From NCBI GenBank assembly GCA_036528635.1, contig JAIGNE010000061.1, forward strand, positions 3,778 to 67,777: a stretch of 64,000 nucleotides of DNA. Direction: 5' to 3'. Of the stretch, positions 9,952 through 19,795 are shown piece after piece; the first letter of the stretch is position 1, and each line of letters opens with the position of its first letter. Under the pieces are notes generated by a model, which was given only the letters and a program-made list of their open reading frames with translations, made no database searches and was not told the DNA's origin. The stretch comes from Deltaproteobacteria bacterium (GTDB taxonomy: Bacteria > Desulfobacterota > Syntrophia > Syntrophales > Smithellaceae). A program made the position numbers and the translations under genes.

Positions 9952-11202
9952 TCAGGGTAGGTTGCCGAGGTAGGAGCACAGATTGATCCTGTGATTGCTC
10001 AAACCCAATTTGAGGCGGATGCGGTACCGGTACATATCAATTGTTTTGTTGGAGACATTCAGCATCTGAGCGATGTCCTTGCTGCCTTTGCCGTCTTTGA
10101 TGAGATTCGCCACCTGGATTTCCTTTGATGTGAGCTGCATGTATTTTGAGGAGAGCTTTCTCGAAAACGGAGAAATGATATTTTCGAGGTTGCCCTCCAG
10201 AAGATCAAGATAGCTCACCAGTTTTTTGTCCACCCCCCCTTTCCGGATCTTCTCAAAGTAAGGCAGGACCAGATCCCGCATATTGGTCATCATGGTTTTT
10301 TCAATCTCTTCACGATCCTGCTCCCGCTGTTTGAGCAGGACCTTAAGAGCAGCATTCAATTCTTCAAGGTTGCGGGACTTAAGCGTGAGTTCCAGCTCTT
10401 TTTCCTTGAGATCGGTGATGTCGATAATCGACGAGACGTGCTTTTTCGTGCCGGGAATAATGCAGGTGATTCCCAGGACGCTCCTGACCCTTCCCCGGCT
10501 GTCGATCACGTCATATTCAAAAGACCGGGGGGCGGCATCCGGATCGATCCTCCGCATGCTGTGGTAGCCCTCCAATCGGGCAAGATCCTGTTTTTCGACG
10601 AACTCAGTCCACTTGTGCTTTCCCTCCAGCTCTTCCCTGGGATAGCCGACCAGCTTTTCAAACTCTGAATTAACAAGAAAGATGGTCTTGTCGTTTTCGA
10701 TAATGACCGTGGCGGTTCCCGTTGTTTCAAAGATGGTTCGATACAGTTGTTCCGTTAATTTGAATTTCGTAACATCCGTCGTGTTTCCCAGGATCGCCCG
10801 CTTCCCTTCCAGAACGATTGGAGCAACCACCTCCATGACCCAGCGAATCTCTTTGTCCTTCGTGATGATTCTGAACTCGTAGGGGTCGGTAAGCTTTCCC
10901 AGGAGCATGGCGCGGGCATTGGCCCTGGTCCTGGCTTTGTCCTCGGGGTGAATCAGCGAGTCCGATTTTCTGCCGAGAATACGATCAGGGGAATAGCCGG
11001 TATAGGATATGGCGACGGGATTCATGACGGCGAACTTTCCGTCCAGAGAAATGTAGTAACCCACCTGAGACTTATCCACGATCGTTTTGTGAATGTTTTG
11101 CGTTTCCAGGAGAGTCTCGTTGAGCTTCTTCTGCTTCCTCAAGGCTGCCTCAAGGGAGCGAATTCTTTTTTTGTATTCCTGCAACGTTCCTTCGCGAATC
11201 AT
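9952..11202 (-). CDS. PAS-domain LuxR-family transcriptional regulator
   Basis: Two PAS/PAC repeats (IHPED, YEFRIITKD), coiled coil LEELNAALKVLLKQRE, C-terminal LTSKEIQVANLIKDGKGSKDIAQMLNVS HTH. Confidence 0.9.
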   Translation of the reverse strand: MIREGTLQEYKKRIRSLEAALRKQKKLNETLLETQNIHKTIVDKSQVGYYISLDGKFAVMNPVAISYTGYSPDRILGRKSDSLIHPEDKARTRANARAMLLGKLTDPYEFRIITKDKEIRWVMEVVAPIVLEGKRAILGNTTDVTKFKLTEQLYRTIFETTGTATVIIENDKTIFLVNSEFEKLVGYPREELEGKHKWTEFVEKQDLARLEGYHSMRRIDPDAAPRSFEYDVIDSRGRVRSVLGITCIIPGTKKHVSSIIDITDLKEKELELTLKSRNLEELNAALKVLLKQREQDREEIEKTMMTNMRDLVLPYFEKIRKGGVDKKLVSYLDLLEGNLENIISPFSRKLSSKYMQLTSKEIQVANLIKDGKGSKDIAQMLNVSNKTIDMYRYRIRLKLGLSNHRINLCSYLGNLP

Positions 11203-11306
11203 AGAGTACAGTCCTCTGAAAAGTAACGTCTTCTTGCAAAAAGGATTATCGGATGGGAGAAAATGACGACAGTCCCCTTATTTGCTTGTCGTTGACTTAT
11301 TAACGG

Positions 11307-12836
11307 CTAAAACATGTCCCCGGGATCGGCCCACTTTGGAATATAGCGGTAATACTCCGGCGGATGCGCCGCCTGAAGTCCCGGCAAAGTAACTCTGGCC
11401 AGGGCGATGCCGCCGCGGGTTCTGTAAAGGCCCGCGGTTCCCTGCGCCTCCAGGCTCTCCAGAAATTTCACCAGATCGGCGTCGCTGATCTCGATCCATT
11501 CCCTGATGTCCTCCAGGGTCATATGCAGACCGGGGTTGACGCGGTAATTCTCCGCGAGGACATTGAGTACGTCCTTTTCGTCTTTGGCCGTTATCCTGGC
11601 TGGCGGCTTCCCGACGGGCAGCGGAACATGCAGCTCCGGATCGACCATACGTTGAGGAACCTTCAGATCTTCCTTCATGCGCCTGGTGCCCTGGCGGTAG
11701 ATGAGCAGTTTGAGCACTTCGGAGGTGCCCGCCGCGATTTGCGACAGTTTGGCGTCCTGCATGATGCGCTGCACAGGATAGATCTTCAAGGCGCCGTTTC
11801 CCCCCATGCACTGGATGGCTTCAATGACTGTTTCCATCAGCGAATCGGCGGCAAAGAGCTTGGAAACTGCGGCCTCTATCGGGACATCGCGGCCGAGGTC
11901 GGCCGAGTAGGCGGCATAGTAAAGCACCAGCCTGCCCAGATAGAACTTGGAGATCATATCAGCCAGCTTGGCTTGATTCGTGGCTATATCACCGGTCGGC
12001 TGGCCGAATTGCAGCCGCCTGTCCAGGTGCTGCTTCGCGTAGCGGATGCATTCGCGCGTCATGCCGACAATCGGGGCGGCATTAAGGATTCTTTCCACGT
12101 TGAGGCCGCCCATCATGATCTTCCACCCGTCGCCCTCCTGGCCCAACCGGTTGAAGACGGGAACCCGGGCGTCGTCGAAGGTCAGATTACCGTTGTAATT
12201 GGCAAACATCCCGATGATGTCGTTGACCTTTTCCACATGGAATCCGGGGGTGCCCTTCTCTACGGCAAAGGCGGTGAGATGCCGGTAAGCTTTCCTGTCC
12301 TCCGGCTTGTTGCTGGTTTGAAAATAGCACAGGTACAGGTCGGCGGCGGCAACAGTGGTTTGAAACCTTTTTTTACCGTTGACGATATAGGTATCGCCAT
12401 CCCGAACCGCCGTCGATTCGATGGACGCGATATCGGAACCGGCATAGGGCTCCGTCATGGTGATGCACCCGAGCAGCTCTCCCCGGATCATGGGCGGCAG
12501 CCATTTTGCTTTTTGCTCTTCGCTGCCGTTATGGACAAGCTGCGTCGCGCTTCCGAACATGGTGGTGCCCAGCGGACCGACCACACCCGCCCGGGCCGCT
12601 TCTTCGTTGAGGATGGCGGCGCCGGTGACGCCCCAGTCTTCGAAATGTCCGCCGTATTTTTTGGGAACCAGGGCACCAAACCAGCCCTGCCCGGCCATCA
12701 GCTTTATAGCCTCCCAATTGAATTTGTTTGTGAGGGCATTGCGTTCGCCGATCGGGGTCAGCACCTCATCGGTAAACTGCCGGGCACTGTCCGCCAGTTG
12801 AATCTGCTTCTCGGTCCACCAGGGATATTTTTCCAT
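11307..12836 (-). CDS. Acyl-CoA dehydrogenase (IVD-type catalytic Glu) with C-terminal winged-helix-like extension
   Basis: MTEPYAGSD, NGKKRF, GLNVERI, RLQFGQP, QIAAGTSEV; about 120 extra C-terminal residues. Confidence 0.88.
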   Translation of the reverse strand: MEKYPWWTEKQIQLADSARQFTDEVLTPIGERNALTNKFNWEAIKLMAGQGWFGALVPKKYGGHFEDWGVTGAAILNEEAARAGVVGPLGTTMFGSATQLVHNGSEEQKAKWLPPMIRGELLGCITMTEPYAGSDIASIESTAVRDGDTYIVNGKKRFQTTVAAADLYLCYFQTSNKPEDRKAYRHLTAFAVEKGTPGFHVEKVNDIIGMFANYNGNLTFDDARVPVFNRLGQEGDGWKIMMGGLNVERILNAAPIVGMTRECIRYAKQHLDRRLQFGQPTGDIATNQAKLADMISKFYLGRLVLYYAAYSADLGRDVPIEAAVSKLFAADSLMETVIEAIQCMGGNGALKIYPVQRIMQDAKLSQIAAGTSEVLKLLIYRQGTRRMKEDLKVPQRMVDPELHVPLPVGKPPARITAKDEKDVLNVLAENYRVNPGLHMTLEDIREWIEISDADLVKFLESLEAQGTAGLYRTRGGIALARVTLPGLQAAHPPEYYRYIPKWADPGDMF

Positions 12837-13020
12837 TTTTTTCTCCTAATTGATTATCAGACGGCGGGGGTCTTCACGCGACAACCGCTTCTTTGATGTT
12901 TTTAACCGCCCGGGCGTTCCAGTGCGGCCGCTGCCTGTTTTGCGCCTCCGTTTCTTCGAGCGGAGTTTTTTGGATCCTGCCTGCCGCAATTCGTAATCGG
13001 CCTCGTTGGAACGCGAGGGC

Positions 13021-13049
13021 ACTATAGCTTACGCGGTTCGTTTTATCAA
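13021..13049 (-). promoter_or_regulatory. Sigma70-type promoter of the ACAD gene, giving a ~180-nt leader
   Basis: Minus strand TTGATA-17 nt-TATAGT. Confidence 0.6.
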
Positions 13050-13142
13050 TGGATCTGTGGCAACAGGAGTGGGAAGGAATGCCCGTGGGAAAGCCAAAGG
13101 TCCGGCTGCCGACGACCTTTGCCGGAAAACGTAATGATATGC

Positions 13143-13180
13143 AAGAACCCTCACCGCCGGAAGACGGTGAGGGTTCTTTT
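13143..13180. terminator. Rho-independent terminator after the acyl-CoA ligase
   Basis: AAGAACCCTCACCG-8 nt-CGGTGAGGGTTCTT, followed by TT. Confidence 0.75.
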
Positions 13181-13240
13181 GGAACAGATTGCGGCTATCT
13201 TAGCAAAACGTGCAATCAGAAACGGAAGACGACTTCCACG

Positions 13241-15034
13241 CTATCTCGCGTAGAGGGCATCAATCTGTTTCTGGTATTTTTCAAAGACCTTGCTTCTCTT
13301 CAATTTCATGGTCTGCGTCAGCATGCCGTTCTCCAGCGAGAAGGGTTCAGGGATGAAAATGAATTTTCTCGGGATTTCATAGCTGCCGTAAGTCGTCTTC
13401 AACTGATTGACGATTTCCGTCTCCAGGAATTTCTTAGTCTCATCCTTTTTCAGAAGCTCGGCATGGTCCTTGGGCAGATTATTTTTCTCAGCCCATTTAT
13501 CGAGTGCGGCAAAGTCCGGGATGACCAGGGCAACGTTAAACTCCCGGCCTTCCCCGTAGATCATGGCGTTTTCGATATAGTGATTCAGCTTCATGTCTTC
13601 TTCAATGGCCGCCGGGAAAACATACTTGCCGTTTTCCAGTTTGAACTGCTCCTTGAGCCGTCCGGTAATGTACAGGAAGCCGTCCTTGTCCAGACGCCCG
13701 CGGTCACCGGTCCGGAAGCCTCCGTCAGCCGTCATGACGGCCGCGGTGGCTTCGGGTTTGTTGTAGTATCCCTGCATGACGTTCGGTCCGTAAATGATGA
13801 TTTCACCATCCGTCGCCTCCGGTCCGACGATTGATTTGTCGATCTTGATGGTGCTCATGCCCATGAAGGGCCCCACGCTGCCGATCCTGCATTTGGCCGG
13901 GCAGTTCATCGTGGCTCCGGGCGACGTCTCGGTCAGTCCATAAGCGTCATAAAGCGGCACGCCCATGTCCCAGAAGAATCGGGAAATCTCCGGATTCATG
14001 GCCGCGCTTCCGGTCATGACGCCTTTCAGCCTTCCACCCAGTTTTTCCCGGACTTTCGCGAAGACAACCGCGTCGGCAATCTTGAATTTCAGATTGGCGA
14101 GTGCGCTGGATTTTCCCTGTGCCGCAAGCTCATGCCTTTTCTTGCCGCTTTCCACACCCATGACGAACAGAGTCTTGGCAAGCCCGCCTTCCTCGTTCAT
14201 CTTCGTCCACAATCCGTCGTAAATCTTGTTGAAGACTCTGGGCACCGCGCTCATGAAGGTCGGCTTCACCAAAGCGATATCTTCGCCGATGGTCGCCGCG
14301 CTTTCCGCAAGACCGATGGAACCGCCGAGCAGGCAGTAAACAATCAGTTCACCCAAACCGAAAACATGGGCCCAGGGCAGGATGGACAAAGACGTGTCGT
14401 TTTCATTGATGTCGGGGAAGCAGACCGTTGTCGCATGCGCATTGGATGTAATGTTGCCCTGGGAAAGAAGCACACCCTTGGGGTCGCCGGTGGTGCCCGA
14501 GGTATAAATCAGGATGCAGATGTCCGATTGCTGCGGATAGGTGCTTTTGACCGGCTTGGCCGCGCCTTTCTTTTCCAGATCGGCCATCGTATCCGGCCCG
14601 TTGCCTTCCATCACGATCACTTTCTGCAGCGTGGGGATGGATGCCAGGGCGCCTTTCAGTTTGTCGTAGATTGCTTTTTTGCTGATAAAGAGAACTTTGA
14701 CTTTGGCGTCGTTGATGATGTATTTCCAGACCGAGACCAGTTCGGCTTCGTACATGGGAACAAACCGCGCGCCCAGGCCCTCGGCGGAGAAAAAAGTTAC
14801 AGCCCAGTCCGTGCTGTTGTTGCAGATGATGCCGACCGCATCGTCCTTTTGGACCCCCAGCTGGCTCAAGCCGCCTCTTAAATTATCCACACGCGATCCA
14901 AAATCAGCAAACGTGATCCATTCATATTGCTTCAATTGCTTGTTTTTCGTCCCGAGAAAAGGCCGCTGTGGAAATTTGGCGACTGACTTCTCCAATATTT
15001 CCACTACATTGTCCGGTTTCATTAACTGATACAT
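13241..15034 (-). CDS. AMP-dependent long-chain acyl-CoA synthetase (FadD15/ACSL-like)
   Basis: IYTSGTTGDPKGVLLSQGN, YGLTETSP, GFRTGDRG, GRLKEQFKLENGKYVFP, LTQTMKLKR. Confidence 0.92.
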   Translation of the reverse strand: MYQLMKPDNVVEILEKSVAKFPQRPFLGTKNKQLKQYEWITFADFGSRVDNLRGGLSQLGVQKDDAVGIICNNSTDWAVTFFSAEGLGARFVPMYEAELVSVWKYIINDAKVKVLFISKKAIYDKLKGALASIPTLQKVIVMEGNGPDTMADLEKKGAAKPVKSTYPQQSDICILIYTSGTTGDPKGVLLSQGNITSNAHATTVCFPDINENDTSLSILPWAHVFGLGELIVYCLLGGSIGLAESAATIGEDIALVKPTFMSAVPRVFNKIYDGLWTKMNEEGGLAKTLFVMGVESGKKRHELAAQGKSSALANLKFKIADAVVFAKVREKLGGRLKGVMTGSAAMNPEISRFFWDMGVPLYDAYGLTETSPGATMNCPAKCRIGSVGPFMGMSTIKIDKSIVGPEATDGEIIIYGPNVMQGYYNKPEATAAVMTADGGFRTGDRGRLDKDGFLYITGRLKEQFKLENGKYVFPAAIEEDMKLNHYIENAMIYGEGREFNVALVIPDFAALDKWAEKNNLPKDHAELLKKDETKKFLETEIVNQLKTTYGSYEIPRKFIFIPEPFSLENGMLTQTMKLKRSKVFEKYQKQIDALYAR

Positions 15035-15189
15035 ATGTTCCCTCCTAGTATTTGGTAAATATTGCGTATGATGATCGACGGAAAACGGTTCTCATAATGA
15101 ACAGGGATGTGTAACAGATAAACAGAAATGGTCAATCTATATAATCTACAGGAGTAATGTAGTAGGCCATCCTACATTAATAATAAATC

Positions 15190-16923
15190 TTAAGTCAGGG
15201 CAAGCAGGTAAGACCGGAGATTGGTTTCCGAAGAGACGAGATGTAATTTCTCCCGAATGCTGTTGCGGTAAGAATTGACCGTCCCCACCGACAGGTTGAA
15301 CATAGCCGCAATATCCTTGGAGCTTTTTCCCTGCTTAATCAGGGCGGCGACCTGAAGCTCCCGGGGGGAAAGGCTTTTGAAGTCGATGGACAGCTTGTTA
15401 ATGAAGGGCGAGGTGATATTATTCAGACTGGTTTCGAGGACATTCAGATAATCCAGTTTCTGCGCACCGGAATGAGTGGTTCGCAGCTTCTGGACAAAGG
15501 GTATGACCAGTTGATGGATGTTGGATTGCAGGGACTCCTGCAGACTCTTCTGGTCTTCATCCCGTTTCTTTAAGAGAACGCGCAGGGTCGTATTGATTTC
15601 CTGCAGTTCGAAGGTGCGCTCCCTGACGCGGGTTTCCAGCTCATCGAGGGTTTTCTGCAGATTTTCTTCCACTCTTTTTCTCACCGTGATATCGCGGATG
15701 CCGAAAACAGCCCCCAGGAAATTTCTTTGCTGGTCCAGCATATAGGACCCCGTTGCTTCCAGCCATATATATTCGCCGCGCGCATGTCTGTAGCGGCACT
15801 CGATCTTGCCCGGCGTAAAAGTGGCCTGCGAATCCCGCAAAACCTTTTCAATGGCGGGGAGGTCCTCCGGATGGATAAAATCCGTCAGCGACTGACCTTC
15901 CCTGTCCCTGGCCTCGTATCCCATGACACTGGATACGGACGGGCTGATGTAAACGATTTTGAAATCCCGGTCGGTCATGACAATAATGTCCTTCATATTG
16001 TCCGTGACCAGACGCAGACGCTCCTCACTCAGGCGCAGAGCCTCCTGCGCCCTTTTGCGGTCCGTAATGTTGAGCTGCGTGCCGGTAAACCGGAGCGGTT
16101 TCCCGGCTTCATCCCAGCTCACCACCCGCCCGCGCCCCAGGACCCAGATCCAGTCTCCCGACTTGTGGCGCAGACGATATTCCATTTCCACCAGCTGGCG
16201 GTTGCCGGACATAATTTCCCGGACCTTTTCCTTGATATTCTTCAGGTCATCCGGGTGGATGATGTTCATCCAGGCCTCGATGTTCAGGGCCAGAAAGTCC
16301 TCCCGTTGATAGCCGAGCATGCCGAGATAGCGATCATCGACATAGGACACCCCTGTCCTGCTGTTGATATCATACAGGCCCAGCTCCGCCCCGGCCAGCA
16401 CCAGCTCCATTCTCTCCTGGATGCTGCGGATGGCCTCTTCGGCTTTTTTGCGTTCGGTGATATTGTGATAAAGGGTTCTGAACCCGGTGGGCTGCCCGCG
16501 GCTATCCCTAATCAGGCTGACCGTGCATTCATACAGTTTTTTTTCCCCGGCTTTATTGACCGATTCCAGCTCGGAGCTTGTCGAAGAGATGCCGGTCTTG
16601 TAGACGTCGTTATAAATTCTGAAGGCGGCGTCAATTTCTTTCGGGTCGATATAGTTCCGGTAGTTGAGCCCCTGGAGCTCCTCACGGCTGTAACCAATGG
16701 CCTTGGCATAGGCTTCGTTGAAATAAAGGGTATTGCCGGCCAGATCGTGTTCGGCATAGGGCTCCGAGATCGTTTCGATCGCGGCGCGATACCTGGCCTC
16801 GCTCTCCCTGAGGAGGTCGTCCGGAGAGGCCTGCGGGCCCTTCTTCTCCTTTTCCGCGAGGCACGCCCTCAGGCGCTGTAATTCTCCGATAAGCTCTTCT
16901 TTTGTCTTTTCCTGATCTTCCAT
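15190..16923 (-). CDS. PAS-domain LuxR-family transcriptional regulator (three PAS)
   Basis: Three PAS/PAC repeats, LQEINTTLRVLLKKRD coil, LSPRELQVAALIKQGKSSKDIA HTH. Confidence 0.9.
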   Translation of the reverse strand: MEDQEKTKEELIGELQRLRACLAEKEKKGPQASPDDLLRESEARYRAAIETISEPYAEHDLAGNTLYFNEAYAKAIGYSREELQGLNYRNYIDPKEIDAAFRIYNDVYKTGISSTSSELESVNKAGEKKLYECTVSLIRDSRGQPTGFRTLYHNITERKKAEEAIRSIQERMELVLAGAELGLYDINSRTGVSYVDDRYLGMLGYQREDFLALNIEAWMNIIHPDDLKNIKEKVREIMSGNRQLVEMEYRLRHKSGDWIWVLGRGRVVSWDEAGKPLRFTGTQLNITDRKRAQEALRLSEERLRLVTDNMKDIIVMTDRDFKIVYISPSVSSVMGYEARDREGQSLTDFIHPEDLPAIEKVLRDSQATFTPGKIECRYRHARGEYIWLEATGSYMLDQQRNFLGAVFGIRDITVRKRVEENLQKTLDELETRVRERTFELQEINTTLRVLLKKRDEDQKSLQESLQSNIHQLVIPFVQKLRTTHSGAQKLDYLNVLETSLNNITSPFINKLSIDFKSLSPRELQVAALIKQGKSSKDIAAMFNLSVGTVNSYRNSIREKLHLVSSETNLRSYLLALT

Positions 16924-16965
16924 AACCTTTTCCCTGCGGGGTTTGAATGGCAGGGGGCGCCTTCC

Positions 16966-18411
16966 CTACTTCGCGGGAAGGGCCGCCCCGCGCTTTTCAT
17001 GGTAGTCCGCAAACTTGCCCAGCGCCTGAGCCGCCCGCTGGATCGAGGGGAAGACGGCAATCCCCGCGTTGGTTAAAGATTTGCCCGCATCGAGGGCCAG
17101 GTTCCGCATCTCGGTCGAACTGTAGCTGTGCAGGATGACCCCCAGCGGTTTCCCGATTTCTTTCTTGAATTGCTTGATCAGTTCGAGATACACGCCGATC
17201 ATAAACTCCTTGTCTTTGATGGAGATCAGGCCGAAATGGTCGAACGCCACGTGGATCAGGAGCAGGTCCGCTTCTTCGGACTGATCAAGGGTTTTCATCG
17301 TCTTTAAAAAAATGTCGGCGCTTTCAAAATTGTTGAGGTCGATGGGATTCTTAAAAATCCGGCCCGCCTCCGTGGAGAACAATTCCATCAGGCTTTGGCG
17401 CAGCTTGTCGGAGAGCCGGGGCAGCGTAAGCCCCGCACGGGTAAATTCATCGGCCAGGAGAACGCTGGCGCCGCCTCCGATGCCGATAATCACGATCTTG
17501 TTTCCCGCGGGCGCCGGCAGATGCTCGAAGGCCAGCGTGAGATCCATCATTTCTTCGATGCTGCCGGCGCGAACGGCCCCCGTCTGCTTAAGGATTCCGT
17601 CCCATACCCCGTCTGCGCCGGCCATCGCGGTGGTATGCGATACGGCCGCCTCGGCGCCCGAGGCGGAGGTGCCTACTTTCAAGATGATGGTGGGCTTGGT
17701 CTTCGCGGCCGCTTTCAGCGCCTTGAAAAAACGCGGTCCCTGCCGGACGCCTTCGATGTAGGCGGTGATGATTTTTGTCTCCTCGTCCGAGGCGAGGTAT
17801 TCCAGGTAATCCGATTCGTTCAGATCGGCGCCGTTGCCCATGCTGATGACCTTGCTGAAAAGCACGCCCCGGCTGTTGCCTTCCTGCACGCAGTGCGCGG
17901 CATTGCCCCCGCTCTGCGAGATCATGGCCACCGGGCCGCTCGCCTTTTCAAAATCGGCATTGAAAGAAAGGCCGCCCCCGGGGCAATAGAGGCCCAGGCA
18001 ATTGGGCCCGACGATACGGATGCCGCCTTTTTTCGCCCGGGCCATGATGTCCGCCTGCAAGCGCTTGCCTTCGGCATTTTCGATCTCGCTGAAACCCGAG
18101 GTAAAAAAGTGGATGGCCCGGACGCCTTTTTCGGCCGCATCCGCCACAAGCTGCGGAGTGTACGGGGCGGGGATAGCGGAAATGATGAAATCGACTTTAT
18201 CCGGAATATCTTTGACGCTTTTGTAGATGGTCATTCCATTGATCTCGCCGCCTGCGGGATTCATCGGATAGAGTTTTCCCTTAAAGCCGAATTGCATCAG
18301 GCCTTCGAGATACTTCAGACCGGCATTGAACTGTTTGACTTTCTCCGACACGCCGGCAATGGCGATCGTTTGGGGATGAAACAGGAAATCGAGGCTTTCG
18401 GTATTTTTCAT
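16966..18411 (-). CDS. ADP-forming acyl-CoA synthetase alpha subunit (CoA-binding protein)
   Basis: LFHPQTIAIAGVS, IVGPNCLG, SQSGG, SMGNGADL, phospho-His motif AVSHT, NPIDL; no ATP-grasp domain. Confidence 0.85.
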   Translation of the reverse strand: MKNTESLDFLFHPQTIAIAGVSEKVKQFNAGLKYLEGLMQFGFKGKLYPMNPAGGEINGMTIYKSVKDIPDKVDFIISAIPAPYTPQLVADAAEKGVRAIHFFTSGFSEIENAEGKRLQADIMARAKKGGIRIVGPNCLGLYCPGGGLSFNADFEKASGPVAMISQSGGNAAHCVQEGNSRGVLFSKVISMGNGADLNESDYLEYLASDEETKIITAYIEGVRQGPRFFKALKAAAKTKPTIILKVGTSASGAEAAVSHTTAMAGADGVWDGILKQTGAVRAGSIEEMMDLTLAFEHLPAPAGNKIVIIGIGGGASVLLADEFTRAGLTLPRLSDKLRQSLMELFSTEAGRIFKNPIDLNNFESADIFLKTMKTLDQSEEADLLLIHVAFDHFGLISIKDKEFMIGVYLELIKQFKKEIGKPLGVILHSYSSTEMRNLALDAGKSLTNAGIAVFPSIQRAAQALGKFADYHEKRGAALPAK

Positions 18412-18772
18412 GGCAGACATCCTTCCTTTCAAGAGAACTCCACTAAGTATGCAAGAGGCCCGTCGTTTTATAATCCGTATCCGGCTACCCCGGACAGAGT
18501 CCTATTTTGGGCAATCAAATGTCAAGAGCAAAGATTTTGGCGTCGTGATCTTCCCGCCATTTAAGAGTTTCCCCATCTTCACCATTATTTTCAATCATTT
18601 GGTTTTTGCAGAATACTTATTTTACAAGACATGAACATAGTTTTCGCCGGAGAATGAAACAACGCGGAAACTGGAAAAGCCTGACGGGACAACAAAGCTG
18701 CTTAAAAAACCAAAACCGGGGAAACTGCAAGGCGCCGCCCATAACACCCGAAGCCTCATCTTTTTTGATCGC

Positions 18773-19618
18773 TTAACCGGCCTGCTTCCGCATTTTGCAT
18801 TGTTCAGTAAAATGATCGATTAATGCGCGGGAGACACTGACTTTCCCCGGTATCATGGGGAACTCTTCCGGACTGTACCAGGCCGCATCCGTGATTTCAT
18901 CCTGATCGATGGACAATTCACCACCCGCATACTCCGCCGTAAAAGCGATCATCAATGAATCGGGGAACGGCCAGGGCTGACTTTTGAAATACTGGATATT
19001 TTTTACCTCGATACCGACTTCCTCTTTGATCTCGCGCCGGATGCATTCTTCCAGTGATTCGCCGGGTTCGACAAAACCCGCCAGCACGCTGTAAAGCTCG
19101 GCCGGACGAAATCTCATCGACCTGGCCAGGAGCAGCTTCCCGTCTTTTTCGATGGATACGATGACTGCCGGCGAAATCCTCGGATAACTGGTAAATCCGC
19201 AGGAAGGACAGAGGAAACATCTTTCGTCCGATTTTAAGGTCATGGGCTTTCCGCAGCGGCCGCAAAACCGGTTGTTTTCCGCCCATAACAAAAGGTGCCG
19301 CGCCCTGCCGTAAATTTGAAACAGGTCGTAATCAAATTTCCCGTAAGACAGGCGCAGCGGGACCCATTCGGTATCGGGCAGTTCAATGCCCCTTTCCGTC
19401 TGGTCCAGGACGGCATAGCAGTTAATCTGATCCAGAAGGCCGACGTGCAGTGCCCTTTCCACATCTAACTGCGGGATGTCCTGCGCCCGGATCATGAGCG
19501 GCCTGGTGGCCTCTCCGTCGACGGCGGTCAGGATCTTTTCCCCTCTGAAGATAAACCAGCAGGCCTCTTCGTCTTGCGGAATACAGTCTTTAAAATGATA
19601 GCGGAAATTAAAATTCAT
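18773..19618 (-). CDS. nudC: NAD(+)/NADH diphosphatase
   Basis: RFCGRCG...CPSCG zinc ribbon, YPRISPAVIV, Nudix box GFVEPGESLEECIRREIKEEVG, SQPWPFPDS. Confidence 0.93.
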   Translation of the reverse strand: MNFNFRYHFKDCIPQDEEACWFIFRGEKILTAVDGEATRPLMIRAQDIPQLDVERALHVGLLDQINCYAVLDQTERGIELPDTEWVPLRLSYGKFDYDLFQIYGRARHLLLWAENNRFCGRCGKPMTLKSDERCFLCPSCGFTSYPRISPAVIVSIEKDGKLLLARSMRFRPAELYSVLAGFVEPGESLEECIRREIKEEVGIEVKNIQYFKSQPWPFPDSLMIAFTAEYAGGELSIDQDEITDAAWYSPEEFPMIPGKVSVSRALIDHFTEQCKMRKQAG

Positions 19619-19795
19619 AAACGAGTCCCGAGTTGTTTTTCCCTTTCTAGGTGAATCGCTTTTAAAAAGCAAAGAATTTTAACAGAACTCCGGCAGCATT
19701 GACGCTTCCTATTTAATTATTTGCTGGTAAAATGTTTTTCAAAGAGGAATATTGACGAGGGCAGAAGCGAGAATGAAAGGAGGATTATTCGATCA

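Noticed and set aside
11364-12896. 510-aa ORF on the + strand
   Set aside because: Antisense shadow of the acyl-CoA dehydrogenase with no recognisable motifs; expected from GC-rich codon bias.
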